32,000 nt of DNA from Candidatus Saccharimonadota bacterium (GCA_000503875.1 CP006913.1:30001-62000); one strand, 5' to 3'; counted from the first letter of the stretch, positions 1-10,926 are shown. Notes: generated by a model not told the origin, from the letters alone. A program made the numbers and translations.

Positions 1-335
1 AAAAAGCAGTTAAGGCCAAAAAAGACACGAAGGCAAAATTGAGAATCAAATTGAAAAGTTATGATGCAAAGATGTTGGAGTCTTCTGTTTGAAAAGTTGT
101 TGGTTTGCTTATTAAATCATGAGCAGAAATTAAAGGACCAATACCTTTGCCAAAAAAAAGAAAATTGTATACAGTTTTGAGAGCAAACTTTAAACATAAA
201 GATTCTAGAGAACAATTTGAAAGAATTACTTATGCTAGAATGATAGATGTTGTAGAAACGGGTTCTAAAACTATGGAATATCTCCAAAATTTAGCAATAC
301 CTGTTGGTGTTATGGTTGATGTAAAGGTTTTCTAA
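1..335 (+). CDS. rpsJ: 30S ribosomal protein S10 (5' end outside window)
   Basis: Open from the window edge in frame 3. Reads ...KLRIKLKSYDAKMLESSV[G]KVVGLLIKS[G]AEIKGPIPLPKKRKLYTVLRANFKHKDSREQFE... Bracketed G are in-frame TGA at 90-92 and 120-122. Stop TAA 333-335. The track shows only the last 62 aa. Confidence 0.93.
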
Positions 336-375
336 TCAAGATGTTTCTTTTTTAATTTAATGAATAATCGTACTA

Positions 376-978
376 ATGAATAAAGGAGGATTAGTGGTAA
401 AAAAACAAGAAATGACCAGGGTTTGGGTAGAAGATAAATTTGTCCCAGTAACTATAGTAAAAGTTGTGCCACAAGAAATTGTAAGATATAAAACAGCTGA
501 AAAAGATGGATATGCCGCAGTAGTTGTTGGTGTAGATAAAAAGGAAAAAGAAGCTAAAAAATGAAAAAAAATAGTTTACAAAGATACTATTGAATTCAAA
601 ATAGATTCTGATTATGAACAAAATAATCAGGTCGGTAAAGTTTTTGATGTAGATATGGTACAAGGAATTGAATCTGTTGATGTAATGGGAATATCAAAGG
701 GTAAAGGATTTCAAGGTATGGTAAAAAGATGTAACATAAAAGGAATGCCTGCAACCCATGGTCATAAATTCACAAGAACTTGAGGTTCAAAAGGAAATAG
801 AAAACCAAGAAGAACACTTAAAGGACATCCACATGCTGGACATATGTGAGTAGATCGCGTTACACTAAAAGATATTAAAATTCTTGATATCGTAAAAGCA
901 AATGGCGAACAACTTATTGCTCTAAAATGATCATTACCAGGAGCATATAATGGACTATTAAAAATTACACTAAACTAA
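376..978 (+). CDS. rplC: 50S ribosomal protein L3
   Basis: ATG 376, MNKGGLVVKKQEMTRVW... Four in-frame TGA. HAGHM[G]VDRVT and LK[G]SLPG fall on conserved L3 glycines. Stop TAA 976-978. The track has only 376-564. Confidence 0.93.
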
Positions 979-1019
979 TTATTACCCCAAATTAATTCTT
1001 AATTCTTAATTTATATAAC

Positions 1020-1649
1020 ATGGTATATTCTGTAGATATATATGATAAAAAATGAAAAGTTGTTTCGACTGTAGATCTTAACGAAGATATTTTTGCAGAC
1101 GGAAATGTAAATGAATCTTTGATTCATGAATATGTTATTTTGCAAGCAAGTAATGCTCGTCATAATATTGCTTGTACAAAATGAAGATGAGAAATCGCAT
1201 GATCTGGAAGAAAAATATTTAAGCAAAAAGGAACAGGAAACGCAAGGGCTGGAGATAGAAATTCCCCAGTAAGAAAATGAGGATGAGTTGCTTTTGGGCC
1301 TAGATGAGAAAGAAATTTTGAAAAGGCTATGAATAAAAAAGCAAGAAGAAATGCATTGATGGGTATTATTACCTTGAAAGCAAAGGATAAAGCTCTTTTG
1401 GGATTAAAAGATTTCGATCTTACTGAGCCAAAAACTAAAGATCTTCTTGATATAGTAAAAAATATTGGAATAGAAGGAAAGAAAGCATTATTTGTCTTGG
1501 GAAGTAAAAATCAAAATATTGAAAAATCCTTGAGAAATATTGCAAATGTAAAATACATTACCGTAGGATATCTCAATCCCTTGGATGTGATGTCTGCTAG
1601 TAAAGTAGTATTCTTTGAAACAGCTTTACAAGCAATTAATTCAAAATAG
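1020..1649 (+). CDS. rplD: 50S ribosomal protein L4
   Basis: ATG 1020. Reads ...TK[G]R[G]EIA[G]SGRKIFKQKGTGNARAGDRNSPVRK[G]G[G]VAFGPR..., the L4 core motif, with 7 TGA=Gly. Stop TAG 1647-1649. The track shows only the C-terminal 106 aa. Confidence 0.93.
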
Positions 1650-1674
1650 TTTATTTGATCTTACGAAAATAAGC

Positions 1675-2016
1675 ATGGTATTCACGCAAAAATTACAACA
1701 AAGAGCTAAAAAGAACGTTGAGAATAAAATAGTAAAAAAATTCTCAATCTATGATGTTATTTTGGCTCCTATAGTAACAGAAAAAACCTACAAATTTCAT
1801 GATACTGCAAACAAATATTGTTTTAAAGTGCACAAAGGTGCTAATAAAAACGATGTAAAAGCAGCTATCCAATATTTGTATAAGGTTACTCCTGAATCTG
1901 TTAACATCGTAAATGTTGTTTCTAAAAACAGAACTCAGAGAGGATTGGTTAGAAAAGCTTACAAAAAAGCTGTAATTACTTTGTCTAAAAAAGACAAAAT
2001 AGAAATCGGATTATAA
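1675..2016 (+). CDS. rplW: 50S ribosomal protein L23
   Basis: Reads ...KKFSIYDVILAPIVTEKTYKF...KVHKGANKNDVKAAIQYLYKV..., typical of L23. ATG 1675 is preferred over the track start at 1615, which would overlap rplD by 35 nt. A ~24 aa basic N-terminal extension remains either way. No TGA. Stop TAA. Confidence 0.88.
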   Translation: MVFTQKLQQRAKKNVENKIVKKFSIYDVILAPIVTEKTYKFHDTANKYCFKVHKGANKNDVKAAIQYLYKVTPESVNIVNVVSKNRTQRGLVRKAYKKAVITLSKKDKIEIGL

Positions 2017-2046
2017 GATATATTTAGTTTTGATTAGTATTTCACG

Positions 2047-2895
2047 ATGGCAATAAAAAAATACAAGCCGTATACCCCTTCTAGACGTTTTATGGTTGGA
2101 TACGACTTTAGCGAAATCACCACTAATAAACCAGAAAAATCTTTGGTTACCTCTTTGTGAAGAACGGGAGGAAGAAACAATCAAGGAAGAGTAACTTCTA
2201 GATGGATGGGAGGATGACACAAAAGACTATACAGGATAGTTGATTTTAAGGGATATGATAAAATAGATATCCCAGCAAAAATTGCTTCTGTAGAGTATGA
2301 TCCTTACAGAACAGCAAGAATAGTTCTTTTGAATTATGCTGATGGTGAAAAAAGATATGTATTAGCATGGAAAGGAGCTACTGTTGGTGAAGAAGTAATA
2401 ACAGGAAAAAATTCTCCAATCAAAGCAGGAAATAGAAAACAACTCAAAGATATTCCAGAAGGAATGAATGTTTTTGCTCTTGAAGTAACGCCTTTTTCAA
2501 AAGGTAAGTTAATAAAGACAGCATGATCATACGCTAGTATTGTAGGTAGAGATGACCAACAAAAGAAAGTGTTTATTAAAATGCCTTCAGGAGAAGTAAG
2601 AAAATTTGATGAAAATTGTTGGGCAACTATTTGAGAAATAGGAAATGATCAACACCAAAATGTTGTTATAGGAAAAGCTGGAAGACAAAGATGGATGGGA
2701 AAAAAACCTCACGTTCTTGGAAAAAATATGAATCCAGTTGATCATCCGCATGGAGGTTGAGAATGACATTCACCTATCGGATCAAAGAGATGACCAAAAT
2801 CATTTGCTTGAAAAAACGTTTCTGCTGGAATCAAAACTAGAAAAAGCAAGAAATGGTCTACGAGATTTATTGTATCTAAGAGAACAAAAAATTAA
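2047..2895 (+). CDS. rplB: 50S ribosomal protein L2
   Basis: ATG 2047, [16 protein letters not shown]... Reads RWMGG[G][10 protein letters not shown] and NPVDHPHGG[G]E[G]H, with TGA at 2758-2760 and 2764-2766 on the invariant GGGEG. Eight TGA in total. Stop TAA 2893-2895. Confidence 0.95.
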
Positions 2896-2923
2896 TTATA
2901 CATTTTAATTATTAGTTTATATC

Positions 2924-3181
2924 ATGGTAAGATCACTCAAAAAAGGGTTTTATGTCAATCCAAAGATAGAAAAGAAAGTAAAGGACATGGTTACATCTTG
3001 AGATAAAAAGGTGATAAAAACATGGGATAGAGCATGTCAAATTACTCCAGATATGTTATGATTTACCTTTGCGGTTCATAACGGAAAGCAATTTGTAAGC
3101 GTCTACATCACAGAAGATATGATGGGCCACAGATTGGGGGAATTTGTTCCAACAAGAACATTTAGAGGACATCCATTTTAA
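2924..3181 (+). CDS. rpsS: 30S ribosomal protein S19
   Basis: ATG 2924. [11 protein letters not shown]...VTS[G][19 protein letters not shown][G][37 protein letters not shown]. Stop TAA 3179-3181. Absent from the track. Confidence 0.93.
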
Positions 3182-3215
3182 TGGATAATTGTTTTAAATC
3201 TAAACATGAGTAATA

Positions 3216-3554
3216 ATGAGTAATAGTATGTCAGCTATATTGAAATATGCACTAGTTTCTCACCTCAAGATGGAACTAATAGCTAAATTAGTAAGAGGAA
3301 AAAAAATTCAAGAAGCTTTGGATACATTAGAATTTTTGCCAAAAAAAGCTGCAAAAACATTATACAAGGTTATTAAATCTGCAGCAGCTAATGCAGTAAA
3401 AAACGCTAATAAAGACGTAAATAGTTTATATATTGAAGCTATTGATGTTTGAGCTGGTCCGAAACTAAAGAGAATAAGATTCACATCAAGATCAAGAATT
3501 AGTCATTATGCTAAATACAGATCTTTTGTGAGAGTTGTTTTAAATAGTAAATAA
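3216..3554 (+). CDS. rplV: 50S ribosomal protein L22
   Basis: Track ORF 3216-3452 extended through TGA: ...LYIEAIDV[G]AGPKLKRIRFTSRSRISHYAKYRSFVRVVLNSK. Stop TAA 3552-3554. An alternative in-frame ATG lies at 3228. Confidence 0.9.
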
Positions 3555-3562
3555 TCTTTGAT

Positions 3563-4228
3563 ATGTGACAAAAGGCAAATCCAGTTGGAATGAGAGTTGG
3601 TATCGTAAAGTCTTGGCCATGTGAATGGTTTGGAAAAACAAAGGCTATAGGATCTGATTTTTTCGTTGAAGACATAAAAATAAGAAGATTTATAGAAAAA
3701 ACATTCCCTAGAACAGGAGTATCAAAGGTGGTTATTAGAAAAACAAATAAAGAAGGAGAAATAATTATATTCACTTCAAAAGTTGGTGTTTTAATGGGAA
3801 AACAAGGGACAAAAGTTAAAGAATTCGAAGATATGTTAAAAAAGACATTTAATAAAGATTTCAAGGTTGTTGTTAAAGAAGTAAAGAATCCAGAATTGTC
3901 TGCAAAAATTATGGCTGAATTTATAGCTGCTCAATTGGAAGCCAGAATGCCATATAGAAAGGTAGCCAAAAATGTACTTCAAAAAATTATAGAAAAAGGT
4001 GCTGCTGGTGCCAAAATTCAAATTGGAGGAAGACTTGGATGAACAGATATAGCAAGAACAGAAAAATTTATTAATGGAAGAGTTTCTTTGCAAACATTCA
4101 GATCAGATATAGATTACTGTCACTTACAAGCTATGACAAAATATGGAGTATTGTGAGTAAGAGTATGGATCCAAAAGTGAGTATTGAATACAAAGAATTC
4201 AGTTACTACAAAAAAAATAGCGTTATAA
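3563..4228 (+). CDS. rpsC: 30S ribosomal protein S3
   Basis: ATG 3563 is followed immediately by TGA 3566-3568. M[G]QKANPVGMRVGIVKSW is the canonical S3 N-terminus MGQK. The frame continues through TGA 4040-4042 and two more. Stop TAA 4226-4228. Confidence 0.94.
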
Positions 4229-4254
4229 GTTTTATTTAATGTGGATGTATAAAA

Positions 4255-4674
4255 ATGTTATTAACTCCAAAAAGATGGAAATATAGAAAACCAATCATCA
4301 AATCTTTGACAGGTAAAAGTGCAAGATGAACTACTGTTGCGTTTTGAGATTATGGATTAAAAGCAACAACAAGTGCATATATTTCCAATAAACAAATAGA
4401 ATCTGCCAGAAAGGTTATTGTAAGATCTATTAAAAAGGTTGGTAAAATATGGATTAGGATATTTCCTGATACACCATTTACCAAAAAAGGATTGGAAATG
4501 CCGATGGGTACTGGAAAAGGAGATGTTGATATTTATACAGCACCAGTAAGAAAATGAAAAGTGTTGTTTGAAGTAAGTGGTTTGAATGCTGCAGAAGCAC
4601 ACGAAGTTCTTATAAAAGCATCAAAAAAACTTCCAGTAAAAGCAAGAGTTGTTGCAAAAGGAGAAATTAGATAA
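4255..4674 (+). CDS. rplP: 50S ribosomal protein L16
   Basis: ATG 4255. MLLTPKRWKYRK...GKSAR[G]TTVAF[G]DYGLKA...RIFPDTPFTKKGLEMPMGTGKGDVD... Stop TAA 4672-4674. There is no forward ORF in the track because of 3 TGA. Confidence 0.93.
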
Positions 4675-4721
4675 TTTTATTTGTTTTATCGTTTGGTACA
4701 ATGAAGTGAAAAGCATTGTTT

Positions 4722-4928
4722 ATGAAAGAGTTGTCTTCAAAGTCAGTAAAGGAACTTGTAGATATGAGAAGAAAAATGAAAAAAGAACTTTTTGAGTTAA
4801 AATCTAAAAATGCAATGAGATGACTCAAAGAAACTCATAAAATTGGAGATACAAAAGTGAAGATAGCTAGAATAAATACTCTTTTATCTCTTAAGATTAA
4901 AGAAAACTATGGCAATAATATGAAATAA
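4722..4928 (+). CDS. rpmC: 50S ribosomal protein L29
   Basis: ATG 4722, with an in-frame alternative ATG at 4701. MKELSSKSVKELVDMRRKMKKELFELKSKNAMR[G]LKETHK... Stop TAA 4926-4928. Confidence 0.85.
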
Positions 4929-5163
4929 GAACATAAAAGAACTCATAGGAGAGGTAATAAGCGATAAAACAGATAAGACTTGTGTCGTATTAGTGAAGTC
5001 TGTAAAAATACATCCAATTTACAGAAAGAGATTTATCGTAAGAAAAAAATATTATGTTCATGATGAACAAAATATTGCAAAAATTGGAGAAAATGTAAAA
5101 TTTAGAGAAATCAAGCCTATAAGTAAACTTAAAAAATGGGCTTTAGTAGAAATTATAAAATAA
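4909..5163 (+). CDS. rpsQ: 30S ribosomal protein S17
   Basis: ATG 4909 overlaps the rpmC 3' end by 20 nt. MAII[G]NKNIKELIGEVISDKTDKTCVVLVKSVKIHPIYRKRF...KKWALVEIIK. Stop TAA 5161-5163. Confidence 0.88.
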
Positions 5164-5189
5164 ATCATTTATTTGTTTTTTAAAAAGCA

Positions 5190-5570
5190 ATGTTAAAGAC
5201 CGAATCAATTGTTGTTGTTGCTGATAATACAGGAGTAAAAAAGGCTAAAATAATTAGAATTTTGAAATCTTCTATGGCAAGAACAGCTACAATAGCAGAC
5301 AGAGTTGTAGTTGCTGTGCAAGAAGTTGCATCAACTTCAACAATCAAAAAATGAGAAGTTTCTCAAGCAATGATCGTAAGAACGAGAAAAGAAATAGCAA
5401 GAAAAGATGGAACATATGTAAGATTTTGAGATAATGCAGTAATTCTTATGTCAAAAGATGCAAAATGAGAAATCAAGCCTATAGGAAAAAGAATTTTTTG
5501 ACCTGTTGCAAAGGAATTAAGAGATTTGTGATATAGAAATATTACTAATATGGCCGAAGAAGTTGTGTAG
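5190..5570 (+). CDS. rplN: 50S ribosomal protein L14
   Basis: ATG 5190. MLKTESIVVVADNTGVKKAKIIRIL...VRTRKEIARKDGTYVRF[G]DNAVILM...IF[G]PVAKELRDL[G]Y... Five TGA. Stop TAG 5568-5570. Confidence 0.92.
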
Positions 5571-5614
5571 TAATTATAGATTTATATCGGCTTTTACATT
5601 GTTATATTTATTGA

Positions 5615-5905
5615 ATGAAAAAATTAAGATCTGGAGATCCTATCATAGTGATCGCAGGAAAATATAAAGGGAAAGTATCTTCTATAGAAAAAATAGATGA
5701 AGATAAGGTATGGGTAAAAGAAATAAATGAAGTAAAAAGAGCTATGAAAGGAAAGGGGTTTATCAAAAAACATCTTCCTATTCATATTTCAAATGTGATG
5801 TATTACGATGAAGCGACTAAAAAGCCTTCAAAAGTACAAATATCTACCACAAAAGAAGGGAAAAAAATAAGAAAAATAGCAAAGACAAACAAAGAAATTA
5901 AATAA
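5615..5905 (+). CDS. rplX: 50S ribosomal protein L24
   Basis: Intact track ORF with no TGA. MKKLRSGDPIIVIAGKYKGKVSSIEKI... is a KOW motif, and the gene sits in the expected position between rplN and rplE. Confidence 0.9.
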   Translation: MKKLRSGDPIIVIAGKYKGKVSSIEKIDEDKVWVKEINEVKRAMKGKGFIKKHLPIHISNVMYYDEATKKPSKVQISTTKEGKKIRKIAKTNKEIK

Positions 5906-5930
5906 TTTTATTGTGTTTATTTAAACATAC

Positions 5931-6470
5931 ATGAGTGCACTACAACAGTTTAACAAGGAAATCGTTCCTGCTCTAAAAGAAAAATTATGAGTAAAGAACA
6001 TACATTCAGTACCTAGAATAGAAAAAGTTGTCGTATCTGTAGGAATTTGATCATTGGCAACAAGAAAATCGGTTAAGGATTTTGATGAATTTGAAAAAAA
6101 TCTCATTAAAATAACTGGTCAAAAACCAACCTTAATCAAATCAAGAAAATCAATCTCTAACTTCAAATTAAGAGAAGGTATGCCAGTTATGTACAAAGTT
6201 ACCTTGAGAAGAGCAAGAGCTTATGATTTCTTGGCTAGATTTGTAAAAGTGGTTTTACCAAGACTTAGAGATTTCTCTGGATTATCTTCAAAATCATTTG
6301 ATCAAAAGGGAAATATGAATATTGGATTAGTAAATTACAATATATTCCCAGAATTAAATGTTGATGATGTAAATACACCTATGGGACTTCAAATAACTAT
6401 TGTTACTTCAACAACAAGTACAGAAAGATCAAAGGCGTTATTGCAAGAGTTATGATTATTATTCAAATAG
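5931..6470 (+). CDS. rplE: 50S ribosomal protein L5
   Basis: ATG 5931. MSALQQFNKEIVPALKEKL[G]VKNIHSVPRIEKVVVSVGI[G]SLA... joins the track ORF starting at 6054. It reads through TGA 6453-6455 to ...LLQEL[G]LLFK. Stop TAG 6468-6470. Confidence 0.93.
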
Positions 6471-6499
6471 TAAAACTTTAATTTATATTACGTATTCTA

Positions 6500-6715
6500 A
6501 TGGCAAGAACTGCATTGAAAGTAAAGCAATGGAAAATGTTCGAAAAAAGGTTCGTCAAGGGCCAAGATTTGAAACAACCTACGAAATATTATAACAGATG
6601 TAGATTATGTGGAAGATCAAAATCATTTATCAGAGATTTTGGTATTTGCAGAGTCTGTTTGAGATCATATGCAAGAGAAGGATTAATTATGGGATTAAGA
6701 AAAGCGAGCTGGTAA
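6500..6715 (+). CDS. rpsN: 30S ribosomal protein S14, zinc-ribbon (type Z) form
   Basis: Intact track ORF of 71 aa. CRLCGR...CRVC zinc ribbon and a ...GLRKASW C-terminus. Correct operon position. Confidence 0.9.
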   Translation: MARTALKVKQWKMFEKRFVKGQDLKQPTKYYNRCRLCGRSKSFIRDFGICRVCLRSYAREGLIMGLRKASW

Positions 6716-6745
6716 AAATTTTTTATTTTGTGAATGTTGCAAGTA

Positions 6746-7150
6746 ATGAGTTATGTTAATGCCCCTATTCATGATTTGTTAATTAGAATTAAAAATGCTT
6801 ACATGGCAAGAAAACCTCTTGTAGAATGAGTATCTTTTTCTAATTTTAAACAACAAGTACTTGAATTATTAAAACAATATGGATTTATCAAAAATCTAGA
6901 AATTGTTGAAGAAGATGGAAAAAAATTTATTAATATCTATCTTAATCCAGTTAAAGATTCAATTAATGATATTCCGAATGTTAAATTTTACTCAAAACCT
7001 TCGAGAGCTTGGTATGTAAGATCAAAAGATATTCACACCGTAGCTGGATGAAAAGGAATTGGTATTATTTCTACAAGCCAAGGATTGATGGCTGCTCATG
7101 TTGCAAAACAGAAGAAAATAGGAGGAGAACTTATTGCAGAAATCTATTAA
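6746..7150 (+). CDS. rpsH: 30S ribosomal protein S8
   Basis: ATG 6746, with an alternative in-frame ATG at 6734. [27 protein letters not shown][G]VSFS...HTVAG[G][32 protein letters not shown]. Stop TAA 7148-7150. Absent from the track. Confidence 0.92.
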
Positions 7151-7222
7151 TCAAAAAATAAAATCTGATGGAATATCTTCTATTTGGATATTCATTCGAC
7201 GTTTTATTAGTAAATATACATT

Positions 7223-7768
7223 ATGTCAAAAATTGGTAAGAAACCTATCATTATAAAAGATGGTGTTGAAGTAAAAATCAACAACAAAACAGTTGCTGTA
7301 AAAGGACCTAAAGGAGAATTGTCTTATACTTTGCTCGATGGCGTTAATGCTAAGGTAAATGAAGGATCTCTTGAGGTAAGCATAGATAATGATGAAAAGA
7401 GAAATCTTCGAGGATTAACAAGAACTCTTATTTCAAATATGATAGAAGGAGTAACAACAGGATATGAAAAGAAATTGTTGGTTATTGGAGTTGGATATGC
7501 TGCCAAAAAAGAAGGAAAAGGTATTCAATTATCTTTGGGACTTTCTCATAAAATAAACTTTGAAATACCAGCATCTATTCAATATGAAGTTGAACAAGAT
7601 CAAAAAGGTAACTATGTAATTACTTTAAAGAGTATTGATAAACAATATCTTTGAGAAGTTGCATCAAAAATAAGAGATTTGAAAAAGCCAGAACCTTACA
7701 AAGGAAAAGGTATTAGATATTTTGATGAAGTAGTAAAACTCAAAGCTGGAAAAACAGCTAAGAAATAA
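7223..7768 (+). CDS. rplF: 50S ribosomal protein L6
   Basis: Track ORF 7223-7654 extended through TGA: ...SIDKQYL[G][37 protein letters not shown]. Stop TAA 7766-7768. Confidence 0.93.
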
Positions 7769-7794
7769 TCTTTAAATCCATATAGTATACAGTC

Positions 7795-8154
7795 ATGCAA
7801 AATTTGAAACCAACAACAAAGGGGAAACTAGCTAGTTTCTTTAGAAGAAAAAATAAGGTAAATGCTATTATAAAATCTCAGCATCCTGATTTTAGAATTG
7901 TTGTAAATAGATCAAATAGATATATCAAAGCTCAATTATTGGACAAAACAGGAAATGTTATTGGCTTTGCTTGTGATAAAGGACTCAAATGAGAAACTAA
8001 ATCGCAAACAGCTCACGCAGCATGATTGTTACTAGCAAAAACAATAAAAGATAAAAAAATCGAAAAAGTTGTTTTTGATAGAAATGGATACTTGTACCAC
8101 GGAAGAGTAAAATCATTTGTGGAAGGGTTGAGAGAAGGTGGAGTAGTTTTGTAA
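7795..8154 (+). CDS. rplR: 50S ribosomal protein L18
   Basis: Track ORF 7795-7992 extended through 2 TGA: ...CDKGLK[G][10 protein letters not shown][G][42 protein letters not shown]. Stop TAA 8152-8154. Confidence 0.92.
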
Positions 8155-8188
8155 ATATCGTTTATTTATTATATAATCTATTGTGCTA

Positions 8189-8836
8189 ATGAAAGGTGGG
8201 AATAAAGATAAGACAAAAAAAGAATTTGATGAGTTGTTGCTTGAAGTAAGAAGAGTAACGAGAGTTACGACATGATGAAGAAGAATGTCATTTAGAGCGA
8301 CAGTACTTGTTGGAAATAAAAAAGGAAAAATCTGACTTTGAGTTTCAAAAGGAGCCGATGTTTCAATCGCAGTATCCAAAGCTTCTCGTGAAGCATACAA
8401 AAATATGTATATTGTTCCTCTTACAAAAGATAATACTGTTCCTTATATGACAAGTACAAAATATAAAGCATGTTTTGTAAAATTGTTACCAGCAAAAGCA
8501 GGTACCGGTCTTAAAGCAGGATCATCAGTAAGAGCTGTTTTGGAATTAGCAGGATATGAAAATATGTTATCAAAAATAGTATGATCAAATAATAAATTGA
8601 ATAATGCTATAGCAACTATAAAAGCATTATCAAGTTATAAACACAGTGATTTCTTCTCAAATTTCTTGACTAAAAAAGGAGCAAAAACTGAAGAAGTAGT
8701 GGTAGAAGCTACAACAACAACACCAGCTGAAGTAGCAAAACCAGTTCATAAAGAAGAATCAAAAGAAGAAAAAAAAATAGGAGATACAAAGCCAGCTGTA
8801 AAAAAGCCAGCTCCAAAAAAGCCAGCTAAAAAATAA
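8189..8836 (+). CDS. rpsE: 30S ribosomal protein S5 with Lys/Pro/Ala-rich C-terminal extension
   Basis: ATG 8189. ...LLLEVRRVTRVTT[GG]RRMSFRATVLVGNKKGKI[G]L[G]VSKGADVSIAVSKA... joins track ORF 8597-8836. The C-terminal tail ...KPVHKEESKEEKKIGDTKPAVKKPAPKKPAKK is not part of canonical S5. Confidence 0.92.
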
Positions 8837-8863
8837 ATTTTTTAATTATTGTGCTTATTACAA

Positions 8864-9529
8864 ATGAAATTACATACGCTCAAAAGAAGTAAAGGAATTG
8901 TAGGAAAAGCTAAAAGACTTGGAAGAGGAAATGGTTCTGGAAAAGGAAACTATTCTTGAAAAGGTCTTAAAGGACAAAAAGCAAGAAGTGGTACAACAAC
9001 AAGACCATTTTTTGAAGGAGGTCAAACTTCTATCGTTCAAAGAATTCCAAAAGCAAAAGGATTCAAGAGACATTTCAAATTAATAAAGGAAGTGGTAATT
9101 GTAAATCTTGGAAATCTAGATGCTGATATAAGAATCGTTGAAGGTATGGAAATTACAAAATCAACTTTAAAAGACTTGGGATATATCAAGAATGCTACAG
9201 CATATGTAAAATTACTTGGAAATGGAGATTGGACAAAGAAAGTAACATTTGTTGATATAGATACATACTCTAAATCAGCACAAGAAAAAATAGGAAATCC
9301 TTCTGCAAAAAAACCAGCTACAAAAAAAACAGCTGAAAAGATAGAAGAACCAAAATCAGAAAAAAAACCAGCTGCAAAAAAAACAGCTGAAAAGATAGAA
9401 GAACCAAAATCAGAAAAGAAACCAGTTGCAAAAAAGACAGTTGCTAAAGCTGAAAAACCAGCAGCAAAGAAACCAGCCGCAAAAAAACCAGCTGCAAAAA
9501 AAACATCAACAAAAAAAGACGCTAAGTAG
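8864..9529 (+). CDS. rplO: 50S ribosomal protein L15 with repeat-containing Lys/Ala/Pro-rich C-terminal extension
   Basis: ATG 8864. MKLHTLKRSKGIVGKAKRLGRGNGSGKGNYS[G]KGLKGQKARSG... joins track ORF 9092-9529. A C-terminal tail of ~75 aa made of AKKP and EKIEEPKSE repeats. Stop TAG 9527-9529. It follows rpsE after 27 nt with no rpmD between. Confidence 0.92.
9308..9415 (+). repeat. In-frame 54-bp tandem repeat (2 copies plus degenerate continuation) inside the rplO tail
   Basis: 9308-9361 and 9362-9415 both read aaaaaaccagct(a/g)caaaaaaaacagctgaaaagatagaagaaccaaaatcagaa, identical at 53 of 54 positions. They encode KKPA(T/A)KKTAEKIEEPKSE twice. Degenerate KKPA units follow to about 9510. Confidence 0.9.
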
Positions 9530-9554
9530 TTTTTAATGAATTATGTTTTTAGCC

Positions 9555-10910
9555 ATGCAGAAACTTATCAAAAAAATTCAAGATATTTTCGAAAATAAAT
9601 CCCTCAAAAGAAAGATTCTATTTACATTGGGAATGTTGGCGTTGTATAGACTATTGGTCTTTATACCAGTTCCGTTTGTAGATATTACTGCATTGATGAG
9701 TAAAACTATTGATGCTACATGATCTGGACTTGGGTATTTTGTAATGCTTCTTTGATGAGCATTAGATAGCTTTTCTATCATTGCAATAGGACTTGCTCCT
9801 TATATCAATGCATCAATTATTATGCAACTTATGGGATCTGTGGTTCCAAAACTAGAAGAACTTACAGAACAAGGTGAAGCTGGGCAACAAAAAATCCAAC
9901 AATATACAAGATATTTGACTTTACCATTGGCGTTTGCTCAAGGTATTGGAATGGTATATTTCATCAACTATATGTTGGGAGGAAATATTATAGCAACAAC
10001 AATGCCAAACATACTACTTTCTGCATTTGTAATGACCGTAGGAGCTATGGGATTGATGTGGATTGGAGAACTTATTACTGAAAAAGGAATTGGAAACTGA
10101 GTTTCTATACTAATTTTTGCTTCAATCGTAGCAGGAATTACTCAACAAGTATACGGAGAAATATCTGGAGCAACAAATATATGGTGAGTTATCGTATTTA
10201 TGCTAGTAATAGTTTTATGACTAGTATTGCTCTCTATATTTATTCTAAAATCAATAAAGGAAATTCCAATCATCTATTCTAGAAGAGGAAAAGTGCAAGA
10301 ATCGTCATTTCTCCCTATTCCTATGAATCCAGTTGGAATGATACCTATTATCTTCTCTATCGCATTCGTTTCATTTCCATATCTTCTTTCTAAGTTGATC
10401 GTACAATTTCAACCAATGAATGAAAGACTTATGGCAATGGCAAATTGGATAGAAATAAATCTGAATATTTATACACAAAATCCTGCTCCATTAGCAATAT
10501 TATTCTATTTCATACTTATAGTGGTATTCACATTCTTCTATACACTTATTGTATTTTCTCCTGATAAGATCAGTGATAATGTACAAAAGAGAGGTGGATT
10601 TATACCAGGAATTAGACCAGGAAAAGAAACAGCAAAATATATTAACGGAATTTTGATGCATTTGTGTCTTTGGGGAGGTATTGGATTAGCGTTAGTTGGT
10701 ATCTACAGTTACATATGGACATATATTCCATTTGTTCAAGATATTATCCAAGCAATTGGATCTCTACCAATGGTAGTAACTGGATCTGGAGTAATCATTA
10801 TCGTATGAGTAGTTCAAGATGTTATGAGTAAAGCCAAAACAGAAATGATGATGCAAAAATATGATAGTAGTGACCTAGATAAACTTTCACAAAATATCAA
10901 TAAATTGTAG
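9555..10910 (+). CDS. secY: Preprotein translocase subunit SecY
   Basis: ATG 9555, 451 aa through 7 TGA, joining track ORFs 9822-10100 and 10227-10808. Reads ...GLAPYINASIIMQLMG..., ...WIGELITEKGIGN[G]VSILIFASI... and ...QKRGGFIPGIRPGKETAKYI... Stop TAG 10908-10910. Confidence 0.94.
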
Positions 10911-10926
10911 AACTTATTGCAATAAT

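Noticed and set aside
382-396. AAAGGAGGA at 382-390 as a Shine-Dalgarno site for a GTG 394 start of rplC
   Set aside because: The sequence encodes K-G-G of MNKGGLVVKK..., which aligns with the usual L3 N-terminus (M-x-KG-L/I-LG-K-K). So ATG 376 is kept. Other genes in the window show no comparable SD sequences.
391-663. Antisense track ORFs opposite ribosomal genes. Examples are 391-663, 1011-1226, 2011-2220, 2587-2769, 3511-3864, 3836-4093, 4357-4602, 5921-6106, 7324-7506, 8113-8400, 8870-9073 and 9578-9781, all on the minus strand.
   Set aside because: They are Phe/Ser/Ile/Cys-rich low-complexity translations of the complement of A-rich coding sequence. They are fully overlapped by strongly supported genes and have no recognisable motifs.
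1615-1674. The track start at 1615 for L23 and the GTG starts at 13772 (HD gene) and 23128 (orphan gene)
   Set aside because: These extensions add non-conserved or hydrophobic junk sequence, and 1615 overlaps the upstream gene. Internal ATGs at 1675, 13859 and 23161 give sensible N-termini.
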